Part shown: positions 54,132-64,000 of the stretch, piece after piece
Layout: each line of letters starts with the position of its first letter
Position numbering within the stretch: position 1 is the stretch's first letter
Origin: an uncultured delta proteobacterium
Lineage (GTDB): Bacteria > Myxococcota > Myxococcia > Myxococcales > Myxococcaceae
Assembly: GCA_963776345.1 (NCBI GenBank)
Contig: CAVZMH010000017.1
Span: 224,001-288,000 of the forward strand
Reading direction: 5' to 3'
DNA length: 64,000 nucleotides
The notes under the pieces: generated by a model
The model's input: only the letters and a program-made list of their open reading frames with translations
What the model was told of the DNA's origin: nothing
The model's database searches: none
Translations under genes and position numbers: made by a program

Positions 54132-55265
54132 ATGCGGGTCAGCGAGCTCATCGCGGCGGCCGCGCTGGTCCTGGTCACGTGTGGCCCGGCCCCGTCCGTC
54201 GAGAAGCCCGCCCGGGACCGGATCTTCGTCAGTCAGGCCGGCTCGAGCACCGTGGCCGTGGTCGATGGTTCGTCCGGGACGGTCCTGGCGCGGATCGAGG
54301 TCGGCCTCCTTCCGCACAACCTGGTGCTCTCGTCCGACCGGAAGAGCCTCTTCGTCGCCGTGGTCGGCTCGCAGTCGGTCGCGGAGATCGACGTCGACAC
54401 CGCGCGGCTCCGGAGGACGATGCTCACCGCGCCGGTGCCCGACCGTCGGGCCGACGGCTCGCTGATCCAGGAGCACGTCGACCGCGACGCCTTCAGCCAC
54501 ACCACCTGCCACGACTGCCACCGCGTCGGCGGCGCCCAGCCGAAGTACGCCGGAGATCGGCCGTTCGGCCTGGTGCTCGACGCCGACGGGCGGCGACTCC
54601 TGGTCTCGCACCTGAACAGCGCCAACCTCGCGGTGCTGGAGCTCGCGGCGGGGACCATCGAGCGCTCCGTCCACCTGGACCCCTCCGGCGCGGCCGCCGA
54701 GCCGGTCGCCCTCGCCTCGCTCGACGACGAGCTCTGGGTGGCGCTGCGTCCCATCCAGCCGTCCTCCGAGCCCGGCGCGCTCCGGCGTCTGGACCGGGCG
54801 ACGCTCTCGGCGAGGGGCGAGGTCCCCACCGGGTCGGATCCCGGCGCGCTGCTTTCGCTCCCCGGCCGCCAGAGCGTGCTGGTCACCAACTTCGAGACCG
54901 ACACCGTGACCGAGCACGCAGCCCCGGGGACGGCCCACGCGGTCGAGGTCGCGCCCGGGCCACTGGGGATGCTGGCGCTCCCGGACGGCCGGGTGCTCGT
55001 CCTCGGCTACTACTCGAACGCGCTCAGCCTGGTGGACCCGGCGAGAGGCACGTCGGAGACGTTCCCGCTCGAGCACGACGGGACGCGCTACGCCAACCCC
55101 ACCCACGCCGCCCTCTCGTCCGACGGGCGCACCGCCTGGCTGGTGTCCAGCGGCACCGACGGTCACCTCCTCCAGCTCGATCTCACCTCCCGGACCCTCG
55201 TGAAGGAGGTGCCGATCGACGGCCTCTCCTTCGGCATCGCGGTGGTCCCGGCCCCCACCCCCTGA
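54132..55265 (+). CDS. YncE/YVTN beta-propeller lipoprotein containing a CxxCH motif
   Basis: Lipobox LVTC; TVAVVD...IEVG..PH blade repeats; CHDCH at 54507-54521; GGAGG upstream. Confidence 0.8.
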   Translation: MRVSELIAAAALVLVTCGPAPSVEKPARDRIFVSQAGSSTVAVVDGSSGTVLARIEVGLLPHNLVLSSDRKSLFVAVVGSQSVAEIDVDTARLRRTMLTAPVPDRRADGSLIQEHVDRDAFSHTTCHDCHRVGGAQPKYAGDRPFGLVLDADGRRLLVSHLNSANLAVLELAAGTIERSVHLDPSGAAAEPVALASLDDELWVALRPIQPSSEPGALRRLDRATLSARGEVPTGSDPGALLSLPGRQSVLVTNFETDTVTEHAAPGTAHAVEVAPGPLGMLALPDGRVLVLGYYSNALSLVDPARGTSETFPLEHDGTRYANPTHAALSSDGRTAWLVSSGTDGHLLQLDLTSRTLVKEVPIDGLSFGIAVVPAPTP

Positions 55266-55289
55266 AGCCATGCATCCCCCGAGGCCCCG

Positions 55290-57209
55290 ATGACGCGATT
55301 TCCTGGTCGTTCCTGCTTCCTGCTTCTCTCTCTCGCGCTCGCAGCCTGCGGCTCCTCGGGGGGCGGCACCCCCGATGCGGGCAACGTGCTCCCCGATTCA
55401 GGCGTTCCGGATTCGGGCGTTCCCGACGGGGGCGCCGGCGCCTTCTCCATCGGCGGGCTGGTCACCGACGTGGGCACCGGCACAGGCGTGGCCGGAGCCC
55501 AGGTGACCGGCGGGGGCAAGAGCACCACCACCGACGCGCAGGGGCAGTTCACCCTGGAGGCCCTGCCGGCGGGCGACGTCCAGCTGACGGTCGCCAAGTC
55601 GGGCTACGCGCCCGGCTACGCCACCGGGAAGTCCAGCGGCGCTCCGGGCCCGGTGCTGGTCACCCTCAAGAAGCAGGGCGCGCTCAACACCTATGATCCA
55701 CGGACGGCACTCACCCTGAGCGAGCGCACCGAGGCCGGGCCCTACGCGCTCCTCCTCGAGGCGGACACCCTGGACACGAGCGAGACCAGCCTGACGATCG
55801 CCATCACCCCGGTCGACCCCACCAAGGAGAGCCAGGCTCTTCCCGGGAGTCTCGTCTCCGGTGGGTCGACCCCGGGAGTCCTGCTGCCGGTGACCTTCGC
55901 CGAGTTCACGCTCCTCGACTCGACCGGGAGGCGGATCAACCTCAAGTCGTCGGCCAGCGCGACGGTGGAGCTCCCCATCCCGCCATCGCTCCGCGCGACG
56001 TACCCCGCCGGCACGAAGATCCACTGCTACGCGTACGATCCGAGCACCGGGAAGTGGGAGGACTTCGTCGAGGGCACGGTGCGCACCTCGAGCGTCGACT
56101 CCGTCACCCCCGTCCTCGCCGCGGCCATCCGGCACTTCTCCTGGTACGGCGCGGCCCCCCAGGGCAACGACTGCGCGGACGTCTACGTCAGCGTGGTGAG
56201 CGCCGTGGACGGCAAGCCGCTCCCCAACGCCCGCGTCGAGGCCTCGCCCGGAACCGCCGCCTACACCGACCTGAGCGGGAGCGCCCGGGTCATCGCCGCC
56301 ATCGGGAACGGGAGCTCGACGTACACCGCGTACCAGACGGGTTTCGACGTCGACGGTTCGCTCACCGGCATGCCCGGCGCGAAGTACATCGAGTTCGGGA
56401 AGGTCGAGGAGGAGCTGGTCGGACTGGTCCCGAGGCCCTGCTCCGGCGCGCCGCTCACCGCATCGACGGGGTCCGCCGCGCTCCGCGGCAGCCAGGGCGA
56501 GCCGCTGGTCATCAAGGTGGGCGTGGTGACGAACTTGCTCTACCGCGCCACGGCCGTCATCGCCTCGACGGGCGGAGGCTCGGTCACCGTCGTCCTGGAG
56601 GCGGGAGTTCCCGGCCCGGACGGGGACCTGACCAATCCGCTCCCCGCCTCGGGGGCGAAGATCACCATCGCCGAGCCCGGGGGGACGCCGGTGGCCCTCG
56701 TCGAGCTCTCGGCGGGGACCGGCGCCTACTTCCTCTCGGGCGGCCTGGCCATCACCCCGGGCAAGACCTACACCCTGTCCATCGACGCCGACGGGAACGG
56801 GAGCATCGACGGCACCGGGCGCGCGGTCGCCGTGGGAGATCTGGCGTGGACCAGCCCGCTCGACGGGTCGACGGTGTCCGCGGCGGGCCTCACCGCCAGC
56901 TGGACTGACACCGGCACCGCCCAGGCGGCCGCAGGCTACGCGCCGGTGTACGTGGTCTCGCTCTTCTCGAGCACGTCCGGGGATGCGGCGAGCTACATCG
57001 GGACCGAACGTCAGTTCTCCGCGCTGAGCGTCAGCACGGGCGCGGCGCTCAGCCCGGGAACCTACGTCGGCTCGCTCCTGGGCTTCGGCGGAGCGTTCGG
57101 CCAGACCGGCGCCTCGGTGCAGGTCTCGAACAACATCACCGGGGCCGGGGTGACGGGGCTGTTCTACAGCCTGGGCTCGGCATCCACGATCACCTTCACC
57201 CTCCAGTAG
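55290..57209 (+). CDS. lipoprotein with carboxypeptidase-regulatory-like (Ig/transthyretin) domains
   Basis: Lipobox LAAC, PDSG repeats, TTTDAQGQFTL, W..YD..TGKW...HFSWY. Confidence 0.75.
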   Translation: MTRFPGRSCFLLLSLALAACGSSGGGTPDAGNVLPDSGVPDSGVPDGGAGAFSIGGLVTDVGTGTGVAGAQVTGGGKSTTTDAQGQFTLEALPAGDVQLTVAKSGYAPGYATGKSSGAPGPVLVTLKKQGALNTYDPRTALTLSERTEAGPYALLLEADTLDTSETSLTIAITPVDPTKESQALPGSLVSGGSTPGVLLPVTFAEFTLLDSTGRRINLKSSASATVELPIPPSLRATYPAGTKIHCYAYDPSTGKWEDFVEGTVRTSSVDSVTPVLAAAIRHFSWYGAAPQGNDCADVYVSVVSAVDGKPLPNARVEASPGTAAYTDLSGSARVIAAIGNGSSTYTAYQTGFDVDGSLTGMPGAKYIEFGKVEEELVGLVPRPCSGAPLTASTGSAALRGSQGEPLVIKVGVVTNLLYRATAVIASTGGGSVTVVLEAGVPGPDGDLTNPLPASGAKITIAEPGGTPVALVELSAGTGAYFLSGGLAITPGKTYTLSIDADGNGSIDGTGRAVAVGDLAWTSPLDGSTVSAAGLTASWTDTGTAQAAAGYAPVYVVSLFSSTSGDAASYIGTERQFSALSVSTGAALSPGTYVGSLLGFGGAFGQTGASVQVSNNITGAGVTGLFYSLGSASTITFTLQ

Positions 57210-57233
57210 CGGCGCAGGCGGCTGCGGCGCTGC

Positions 57234-58631
57234 TCAGGGGCTTCCGGCGGCGAGCGGGACAATCTCCCGCCCGGACACCCGGAGGAACCGCCACACCAGC
57301 GCCGCGGCCACCGCGGTGAGCCCGGCGCAGAGCCCCCACCAGATGCCCAGGACACCCCAGCGCATCGAGAACCCGAGGAAGAGCGCGAGCGGGAGACCGA
57401 TGAGGTAGTGCCCGAGGACGTTGGCGGTGAAGGTGAAGCGGCTGTCGCCCGCGCCGCGCAGCACGCCGGCGCCCACGCCCTGCAGCCCGTCCGAGACCTG
57501 GAACACCGCCGCCACCGTGAAGAGCGGAATGGCCAGCGCGGCGATGGCTGGCGCATTTGTCATCAGGGCGACGAGCGGCCCGGGGATGAGCAGGTAGGTG
57601 AGCGCGGCGCAGCCCATGAATCCGGCCCCGGCGGCCAGCGCCAGGAGCCCGGCCCGCCGTGCCCCCGGCGTGTCGCGCGCCCCCACCGCCAGCCCCACCC
57701 GCACGCTCCCCGCGTTGCCGATGCCCATGGCGAAGGTGAAGGTCACCGAGGAGAAGGTCAGGGCGATCTGGTGCGCGGCGAGGCTCTCCGCCCCCAGCCG
57801 CCCGGCGAGGAACCCGGCCAGGGCGAAGACCCCCACCTCGGCCCCGAAGTGCAGCCCGATGGGCACGCCGACCCGGAGGATGCGCCGCTCGTCGTCGGGC
57901 AGGCGGCGATGGAGGTCGGCCGGGCGCTCGGGGATCGGCACCTGCCGGACCACCCAGGCGAGGAACGCCACCTCGCACCACTGGACGAGCGTGGTCGCCA
58001 GCGCCGAGCCGCCCGCGCCCATCGGCGGAATCCACCGCAGCGGGCCGGTCCACGCCGGAAGCCTCGCGCCGCCGAAGACCAGGAGCAGGTCTCCGAGCAG
58101 GTTCACCACGTTGGCCAGCACCGTCGCCCAGACCAGCGCCCGCGCTGCTCCCACCGCCTGGGTGTAGCTGCGCTGGGCGTAGAAGACGAGCAGCGCGGCG
58201 ATGCCGGGCAGCCGCCACCACACGAACTCGCGAGCGGCCCGGGCCACGTCCGGCGAGATCCCGAACGGCTCGAGGAGGTACACCAGCCCGAGCGTGGGGA
58301 GCAGGAGCACCAGGCTCGCCGCCACCGCCACCCGCAGCGCCTGCCAGTACAGCCGCCTCGCGCGCACCGGTTCGCGGGCGCCCAGCGCCTGGCTGATCAG
58401 CGGGTCCACCCCCATCAGCGTGCCGATGCCGACGATGCACACGGTGAAGACCACCGCGTTGCCCAGCGCGACTCCGGCCAGCTGGACTGCCCCCGCGCGC
58501 CCGACGACGGCGGTGTCCACCAGCCCCATCAGCGCCTGACCCGCCTGGGCGAAGGCGAGCGGCAGCGCCAGGCGCACCAGGATGCGGAGCTCGTCGCGCG
58601 AACGCGCGGGAATGAGGGAGGAAGGCGACAC
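57234..58631 (-). CDS. MATE family efflux transporter
   Basis: LA.P, DTAVVGR, MGAGGSALAT, LAAHQIA, DGLQ...GVLRGAGD; about 12 TM. Confidence 0.93.
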   Translation of the reverse strand: MSPSSLIPARSRDELRILVRLALPLAFAQAGQALMGLVDTAVVGRAGAVQLAGVALGNAVVFTVCIVGIGTLMGVDPLISQALGAREPVRARRLYWQALRVAVAASLVLLLPTLGLVYLLEPFGISPDVARAAREFVWWRLPGIAALLVFYAQRSYTQAVGAARALVWATVLANVVNLLGDLLLVFGGARLPAWTGPLRWIPPMGAGGSALATTLVQWCEVAFLAWVVRQVPIPERPADLHRRLPDDERRILRVGVPIGLHFGAEVGVFALAGFLAGRLGAESLAAHQIALTFSSVTFTFAMGIGNAGSVRVGLAVGARDTPGARRAGLLALAAGAGFMGCAALTYLLIPGPLVALMTNAPAIAALAIPLFTVAAVFQVSDGLQGVGAGVLRGAGDSRFTFTANVLGHYLIGLPLALFLGFSMRWGVLGIWWGLCAGLTAVAAALVWRFLRVSGREIVPLAAGSP

Positions 58632-58708
58632 GGCGGTCGCTCTCTTGATTCAAGGGCGCCCGGTTGTCCACTTGCCCTGGCCTGTACGGCCCTCCGAGAC
58701 TCCACGGT

Positions 58709-59314
58709 GTGACCGCGTCCCCGATCGAGTTCTGGTTCGACCTCGCCAGCCCCTACTCGGCGCTGGCCGCGCTCCGCATCGCCGATGTCGCCGCGGGGCT
58801 CGACGTCCGCTGGCAGCCGTTCCTGCTCGGGCCCATCTTCCAGGCGCAGGGCTGGAACGACTCGCCGTTCAATCTCTTTCCCGCCAAGGGCCGCTGGATG
58901 TGGCGCGACGTGCCCCGCCGCGCCGCGCGCCGCGGCCTGGCCTTTCGCCAGCCGAGCCGCTTTCCCCGGCACTCGGTGCTCGCCAACCGGGTGGCGCTGG
59001 CCGCGCTCGCCGAGGGCTGGGGCGAGGACTGCGTCCGGGCGATGTACCGCGCGGAGTTCGCCGAGGACGCGGACATCGCGGACCCGGCAGTGATGGCCGG
59101 CATCGTCGCCCGGCTCGGGCGGGACGGGAGCGCCGTGGTGTCGCGGGCCCAGGTCCAGCCCATCAAGGACGCGCTCCGGGCTGCCACCGAGCAGGCTGCC
59201 CTTCAGGGCATCTTCGGCGCCCCCACCTTCCTCGTGGCGGGCGAGCTCTTCTGGGGCGACGACCGGCTGGAGGACGCCGTGGCCTGGGCGAGGGGCGAAC
59301 GCGGTCCAGGCTGA
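58709..59314 (+). CDS. DsbA-family 2-hydroxychromene-2-carboxylate isomerase (kappa GST-like)
   Basis: FWFDLASPYS, PFLLGPIF, GIFGAPTF, LFWGDDRL. Confidence 0.9.
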   Translation: MTASPIEFWFDLASPYSALAALRIADVAAGLDVRWQPFLLGPIFQAQGWNDSPFNLFPAKGRWMWRDVPRRAARRGLAFRQPSRFPRHSVLANRVALAALAEGWGEDCVRAMYRAEFAEDADIADPAVMAGIVARLGRDGSAVVSRAQVQPIKDALRAATEQAALQGIFGAPTFLVAGELFWGDDRLEDAVAWARGERGPG

Positions 59315-59429
59315 GCCCGATCGGCGCCGGCGCATCCCTGCGCAGGCTCCACAGGCGTCCCCCTGGTGCGGGGGGCTGATCCGCCCGGGTGGTGCGCCCG
59401 CGGTCGCCCTGGGCTATGGCAGCCGCGGC

Positions 59430-59840
59430 ATGCGCGGTCCCCGGAGCTCGACCGAGAAGGTCATCGCCTGCGCCGCCGGCGCGGTGGCGACCTGGTTTCT
59501 CACCATCGCAGTGGGCTTCTCGCCCCGCTGGAACCTCCCCACCACCTCCGGCCAGGTGCTGTTCGAGGTGGCGTGGCTGTCCTTCCCCGGCATCGTGGTC
59601 GGAGCGTTCTGGGCAGCCCGCGGTCCGGGAGGACGCTTCCCGGTCTTCGCCGCGCTGGTCTCGGTAGCCGCGCTCGTCTGGTCAGCGCACACCTTCGACA
59701 TCCAGGCCGACCCGCTGGCTGCACTGACCATCGTGTTCGCCCCTCTGTACGTGGCCTGTGTCGCGCTCGGGGGCATCGTCCTCACCCTTGGGGCGGCCTA
59801 CCTCCGTCGCCGGGTGGGGACGTCCAACGCTTCGCCTTGA
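59430..59840 (+). CDS. hypothetical membrane protein
   Basis: About 4 hydrophobic segments; fills the intergenic gap on the operon strand. Confidence 0.55.
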   Translation: MRGPRSSTEKVIACAAGAVATWFLTIAVGFSPRWNLPTTSGQVLFEVAWLSFPGIVVGAFWAARGPGGRFPVFAALVSVAALVWSAHTFDIQADPLAALTIVFAPLYVACVALGGIVLTLGAAYLRRRVGTSNASP

Positions 59841-59901
59841 CCGTCCTCGGACTGTCCACCTACAAGACCGCGGCTTGCCTCCAAGTCGTCCCGAGGTCCC
59901 C

Positions 59902-61113
59902 ATGCGCTCCGCCCTGGCCGCAGTTCTGACGAGCTGTGCCCTCGCCCTGGTCGCCTGCGAGAAGAAGGCTTCCGCTCCTCCGGCGCCCCCCGCGCCGGCC
60001 CCGGGCGGCGGCACCGCGACCGCGTCCGCCGGCGGGGGCACTCCGGGCGTCACCGGAGACACCATCCTCATCGGCGAGGTCGGGTCTCTCACCGGTTCCG
60101 AGGCCACCTTCGGCATCTCCACCCGGAACGCCATCGAGCTGGCCATCAAGGAGGCGAACGCCGCCGGCGGAGTGAAGGGCAGGAAGATCGAGATCCGGGT
60201 CTACGACAACCAGAGCAAGCCCGAGGAGGCGGCGAACGCGGCCACCCGGCTCATCAACCAGGACCAGGTGCTGCTGATCCTCGGCGAGGTGGCGAGCACC
60301 AACTCCATCGCCATGGCCACCAAGGCGCAGCCGGCGAAGGTGCCGATGATCTCCAACGCCTCCACCAATCCCAAGGTGACCGAGATCGGCGACTACATCT
60401 TCCGGGTCTGCTTCATCGACCCCTTCCAGGGCTACGTGATGGCGAAGTTCGCCCACGACAACCTCAAGTTCACCAAGGTGGCGGTGCTCCGTGACCTCGG
60501 CTCCGACTACAGCCAGGGCCTGGCCGACGTCTTCGAGCGCAAGTTCACCGAGATGGGCGGGAAGATCGTCGCCGGGGAGACCTACACCAAGGGCAGCACC
60601 GACTTCCGCAGCCAGCTCACCGCCATCAAGCGCTCGCAGCCGGACGGCATCTACATCCCCGGCTACTACAACGACATCGGGCTCATCGCCCGGCAGGCCC
60701 GGGAGCTGGGCATCACCGCGAAGCTGATGGGCGGCGACGGCTGGGACAGCGAGAAGCTCTTCGAGCTCGGCGGCGCGGCGGTGGAGGGCAGCTACTTCAG
60801 CAACCACTACAGCCCCGACGACCCGAATCCCCGGATCCAGAAGTTCATCGCCGACTACAAGGCGGCATACGGCGGGGTGCCGGACGCTCTGGCCGCCCTC
60901 GGCTACGACGCGGCGCTGGTGGCGGTGGACGCGATGAAGCGTGCGCCAACCCTCGACCGGGCTGCCGTCCGCGACGCCATCGCCGCGACCAAGCACTTCG
61001 CCGGTGTCACCGGGACCATCACCCTCGACGACAAGCGCAACGCCACCAAGCCCGCGGTGGTCCTCGAGGTCGGCAAGGGCAAGACCAAGTACGTGGCCAC
61101 CATCGCCCCCTGA
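59902..61113 (+). CDS. livJ: branched-chain amino acid ABC transporter substrate-binding lipoprotein
   Basis: Lipobox LVAC, SLTGSEATFG, FRVCFIDPFQG, GGDGWDS, ALGYDA. Confidence 0.9.
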   Translation: MRSALAAVLTSCALALVACEKKASAPPAPPAPAPGGGTATASAGGGTPGVTGDTILIGEVGSLTGSEATFGISTRNAIELAIKEANAAGGVKGRKIEIRVYDNQSKPEEAANAATRLINQDQVLLILGEVASTNSIAMATKAQPAKVPMISNASTNPKVTEIGDYIFRVCFIDPFQGYVMAKFAHDNLKFTKVAVLRDLGSDYSQGLADVFERKFTEMGGKIVAGETYTKGSTDFRSQLTAIKRSQPDGIYIPGYYNDIGLIARQARELGITAKLMGGDGWDSEKLFELGGAAVEGSYFSNHYSPDDPNPRIQKFIADYKAAYGGVPDALAALGYDAALVAVDAMKRAPTLDRAAVRDAIAATKHFAGVTGTITLDDKRNATKPAVVLEVGKGKTKYVATIAP

Positions 61114-62033
61114 TGTCCGACTTCGCGCAGCACCTCATCAACGGGGTCGCCGCCGGCACCATCTACGCCCTGGTGGCCCTGGGCTACACGATGGTCTACG
61201 GGGTGCTGAAGCTCATCAACTTCGCCCACGGCGACGTGATGATGGTCGGCACCTTCCTCGGTTACGGCGTGGCCCAGCAGCTCGGGGTCGCCAACCAGTC
61301 CACGCTCTGGGGCGTGCTCCTCATCTTCCTGGCGGCGATGGGCGGGTGCGCCGTCATCGGATTCCTCATCGAGCGCTTCGCGTACCGTCCGCTCCGGGAC
61401 AAGCCCCGGCTGACCGCGCTGATCACCGCCATCGGCATCTCCTTCACCCTGTCCTACGGGTTCCAGCTCGACTTCGGGCCGCTGCCGGGCGCCGCGCCGC
61501 GGGCCTTCCCGGAGGTCATCGCCCCTCGCGAGTGGCTGATCCTCGGTGACCGCGCGGTGGTCATCTGGAACTGGCAGGTCATCAGCCTGGCCATCGCCAT
61601 CGGCCTGATGCTGATGCTGCAGGGGCTGGTCTACCGGACGCGGTTCGGCAGGGCGATGCGCGCCGTCTCCTTCGACCACCGGACGGCGGCGCTGATGGGC
61701 ATCCCGGTGGACCGGATCATCGCCCTGACCTTCATGCTCGGGAGCGCGCTGGCCGCCGGGGCGGGCATCCTCTACGCGATCAAGGACACGGCCATCCAGC
61801 CGCTGATGGGGCTCTACGTGGGCCTGAAGGCGTTCGTCGCCGCGGTCATCGGCGGCATCGGGAACGTGCCCGGCGCGGTGGTGGGGGGGCTCCTGCTCGG
61901 CCTGGTCGAGGAGTTCGTGGTGGGCTATTCCTCGAGCAGCTGGCGCGACGCGGTGGCCTTCGGCTTCCTGATCATCGTCCTGCTCGTCCGGCCGGGAGGG
62001 CTGTTCGGCCGCGTGACGGCGGAGAAGGTCTAG
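61113..62033 (+). CDS. livH: branched-chain amino acid ABC transporter permease
   Basis: YALVALGYTMVYGVLKLINFAHG, GLKAFVAAVIGGIG. Confidence 0.95.
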   Translation: MSDFAQHLINGVAAGTIYALVALGYTMVYGVLKLINFAHGDVMMVGTFLGYGVAQQLGVANQSTLWGVLLIFLAAMGGCAVIGFLIERFAYRPLRDKPRLTALITAIGISFTLSYGFQLDFGPLPGAAPRAFPEVIAPREWLILGDRAVVIWNWQVISLAIAIGLMLMLQGLVYRTRFGRAMRAVSFDHRTAALMGIPVDRIIALTFMLGSALAAGAGILYAIKDTAIQPLMGLYVGLKAFVAAVIGGIGNVPGAVVGGLLLGLVEEFVVGYSSSSWRDAVAFGFLIIVLLVRPGGLFGRVTAEKV

Positions 62034-62036
62034 CGC

Positions 62037-63055
62037 ATGCCGGCCGGACTCCGGGGCATCCTTCCTGTCTTGGTGGCCATCGCGGTGCTGGCCGTGCTGC
62101 AGCTCCTGCTCGGCGGAGCGCCGTTCTTCGTCTACCTGGCCTCCATCGTCGGGGTGAACGTCATCCTCGCGGTGTCGCTGAACATCGTGAACGGCATGAC
62201 CGGCCAGTTCTCCATCGGCCACGCCGGGTTCATGGCCGTGGGGGCGTACACCGCCGGGAAGCTGAGCCTGGTGATCAAGGACGTGGCCATCTCCGGCCTC
62301 CCCACGGTGGTCTCGGACCAGGTGCAGTTCCTGGGGACGCTGCTCGCCGGCGGGGTGGCGGCGGCGCTCTGCGGATTCGTGGTGGGGCTGCCCTCGCTGC
62401 GGCTCCGCGGCGACTACCTGGCCATCGTCACCCTGGGCTTCGGGGAGATCATCCGGGTGGTGGTGCAGAACCTGGACCTGTTCGGGCGGGCGCTCGGGCT
62501 CTCCGGCATCCCGCAGACCTCGAGCCTGTTCGCGGTCTGGTTCTGCGTCTTCCTGGTGGTGCTGGTGGCGCGGCGCATCGTCGGAAGCACGCACGGCCGG
62601 AGCCTCTGGGCCATCCGCGAGGACGAGGTGGCGGCCGAGGCGATGGGGGTAGACACCACGGGGTACAAGGTCCGGGCGTTCGTCATCTCCTCGTTCTTCG
62701 CCGGGGTGGCCGGCGGGCTGTTCGCCCACTTCGTGCCGATCATCAACCCGGGCTCGTTCACCTTCGTGAAGAGCATCGAGGTGGTGGTGATGGTGGTCGC
62801 CGGGGGGCTGGGCAGCACCACCGGAGCCATCGTCGCCGCGGTCTTCCTGACGCTCCTCCCCGAGGCGCTCCGGACGCTGTTCCTCCACGTCGGCGCCGGG
62901 GCCTCGCTGGCCCAGAAGGTCGATCAGATCCGGATGCCGATCTACGGCATCCTCCTGGTTCTCCTGATGCTGGTCCGCCCCCAGGGCCTGTTCGGCACTC
63001 GGGAGATCTGGGACGTGCTGCCCCGGTGGATCCCCCGCGCGCGGAAGGGCGTGAC

Positions 63056-63059
<4 letters not shown>
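62037..63059 (+). CDS. livM: branched-chain amino acid ABC transporter permease
   Basis: GQFSIGHAGF, LRLRGDYLAIVTLGFGEI, AIREDE.AA. Confidence 0.95.
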
Positions 63060-63978
<919 letters not shown>

Positions 63979-63982
<4 letters not shown>

Positions 63983-64000
63983 GCGCGCCGGCGATGCTCG
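63979..64000 (+). CDS. start of probable LivF ATP-binding subunit (truncated by window end)
   Basis: ATGA overlap with the livG stop (MSAPAML...); called from operon position only. Confidence 0.45.

Noticed and set aside
55370..55430. PDAG/PDSG-encoding short repeats
   Set aside because: Low-complexity linker after a lipobox, common in myxobacterial lipoproteins; not a separate element

Overview
Very GC-rich bacterial chromosome segment. Gene content (Dif-type chemosensory cluster, MglA/SofG-like GTPase, many small lipoproteins) points to a myxobacterium (Myxococcota); this is inferred from gene content only. The right two-thirds is mostly conserved core: glnA, hrcA, M50 protease, DinG/YoaA helicase, LytS/LytTR pair, GTPase plus PocR kinase, thiL, MCP-cheW-cheY-cheA-cheC, larBC, grpE-dnaK, MATE and livJHMG(F). 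The left third mixes core genes (polX end, glpK, hemF, ECF sigma/anti-sigma) with accessory genes (ceramidase, amidase, P450, DUF885, a six-FN3 lipoprotein, a family 1 glycosyltransferase, a radical SAM enzyme). The most distinctive signal is non-coding: a family of at least 5 intergenic palindromes (GAGGTG(T/C)C-W-GACACCTC) whose arms are tandemly re-duplicated outward, often starting exactly at the palindrome centre, with a different unit at each locus. Also found: a perfect 29-bp inverted-repeat (REPIN/MITE-like) element, an internally deleted IS91-type transposase relic next to glnA, a probable LytS pseudokinase paralog, a CxxCH-bearing beta-propeller lipoprotein, and a sigma54-type promoter with palindromic upstream sites before the radical SAM gene. 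Four or five genes carry small (1-2 bp) frameshifts that are probably assembly errors. No rRNA, tRNA or CRISPR array was recognised. All family calls come from motif recognition by eye; no searches were run.
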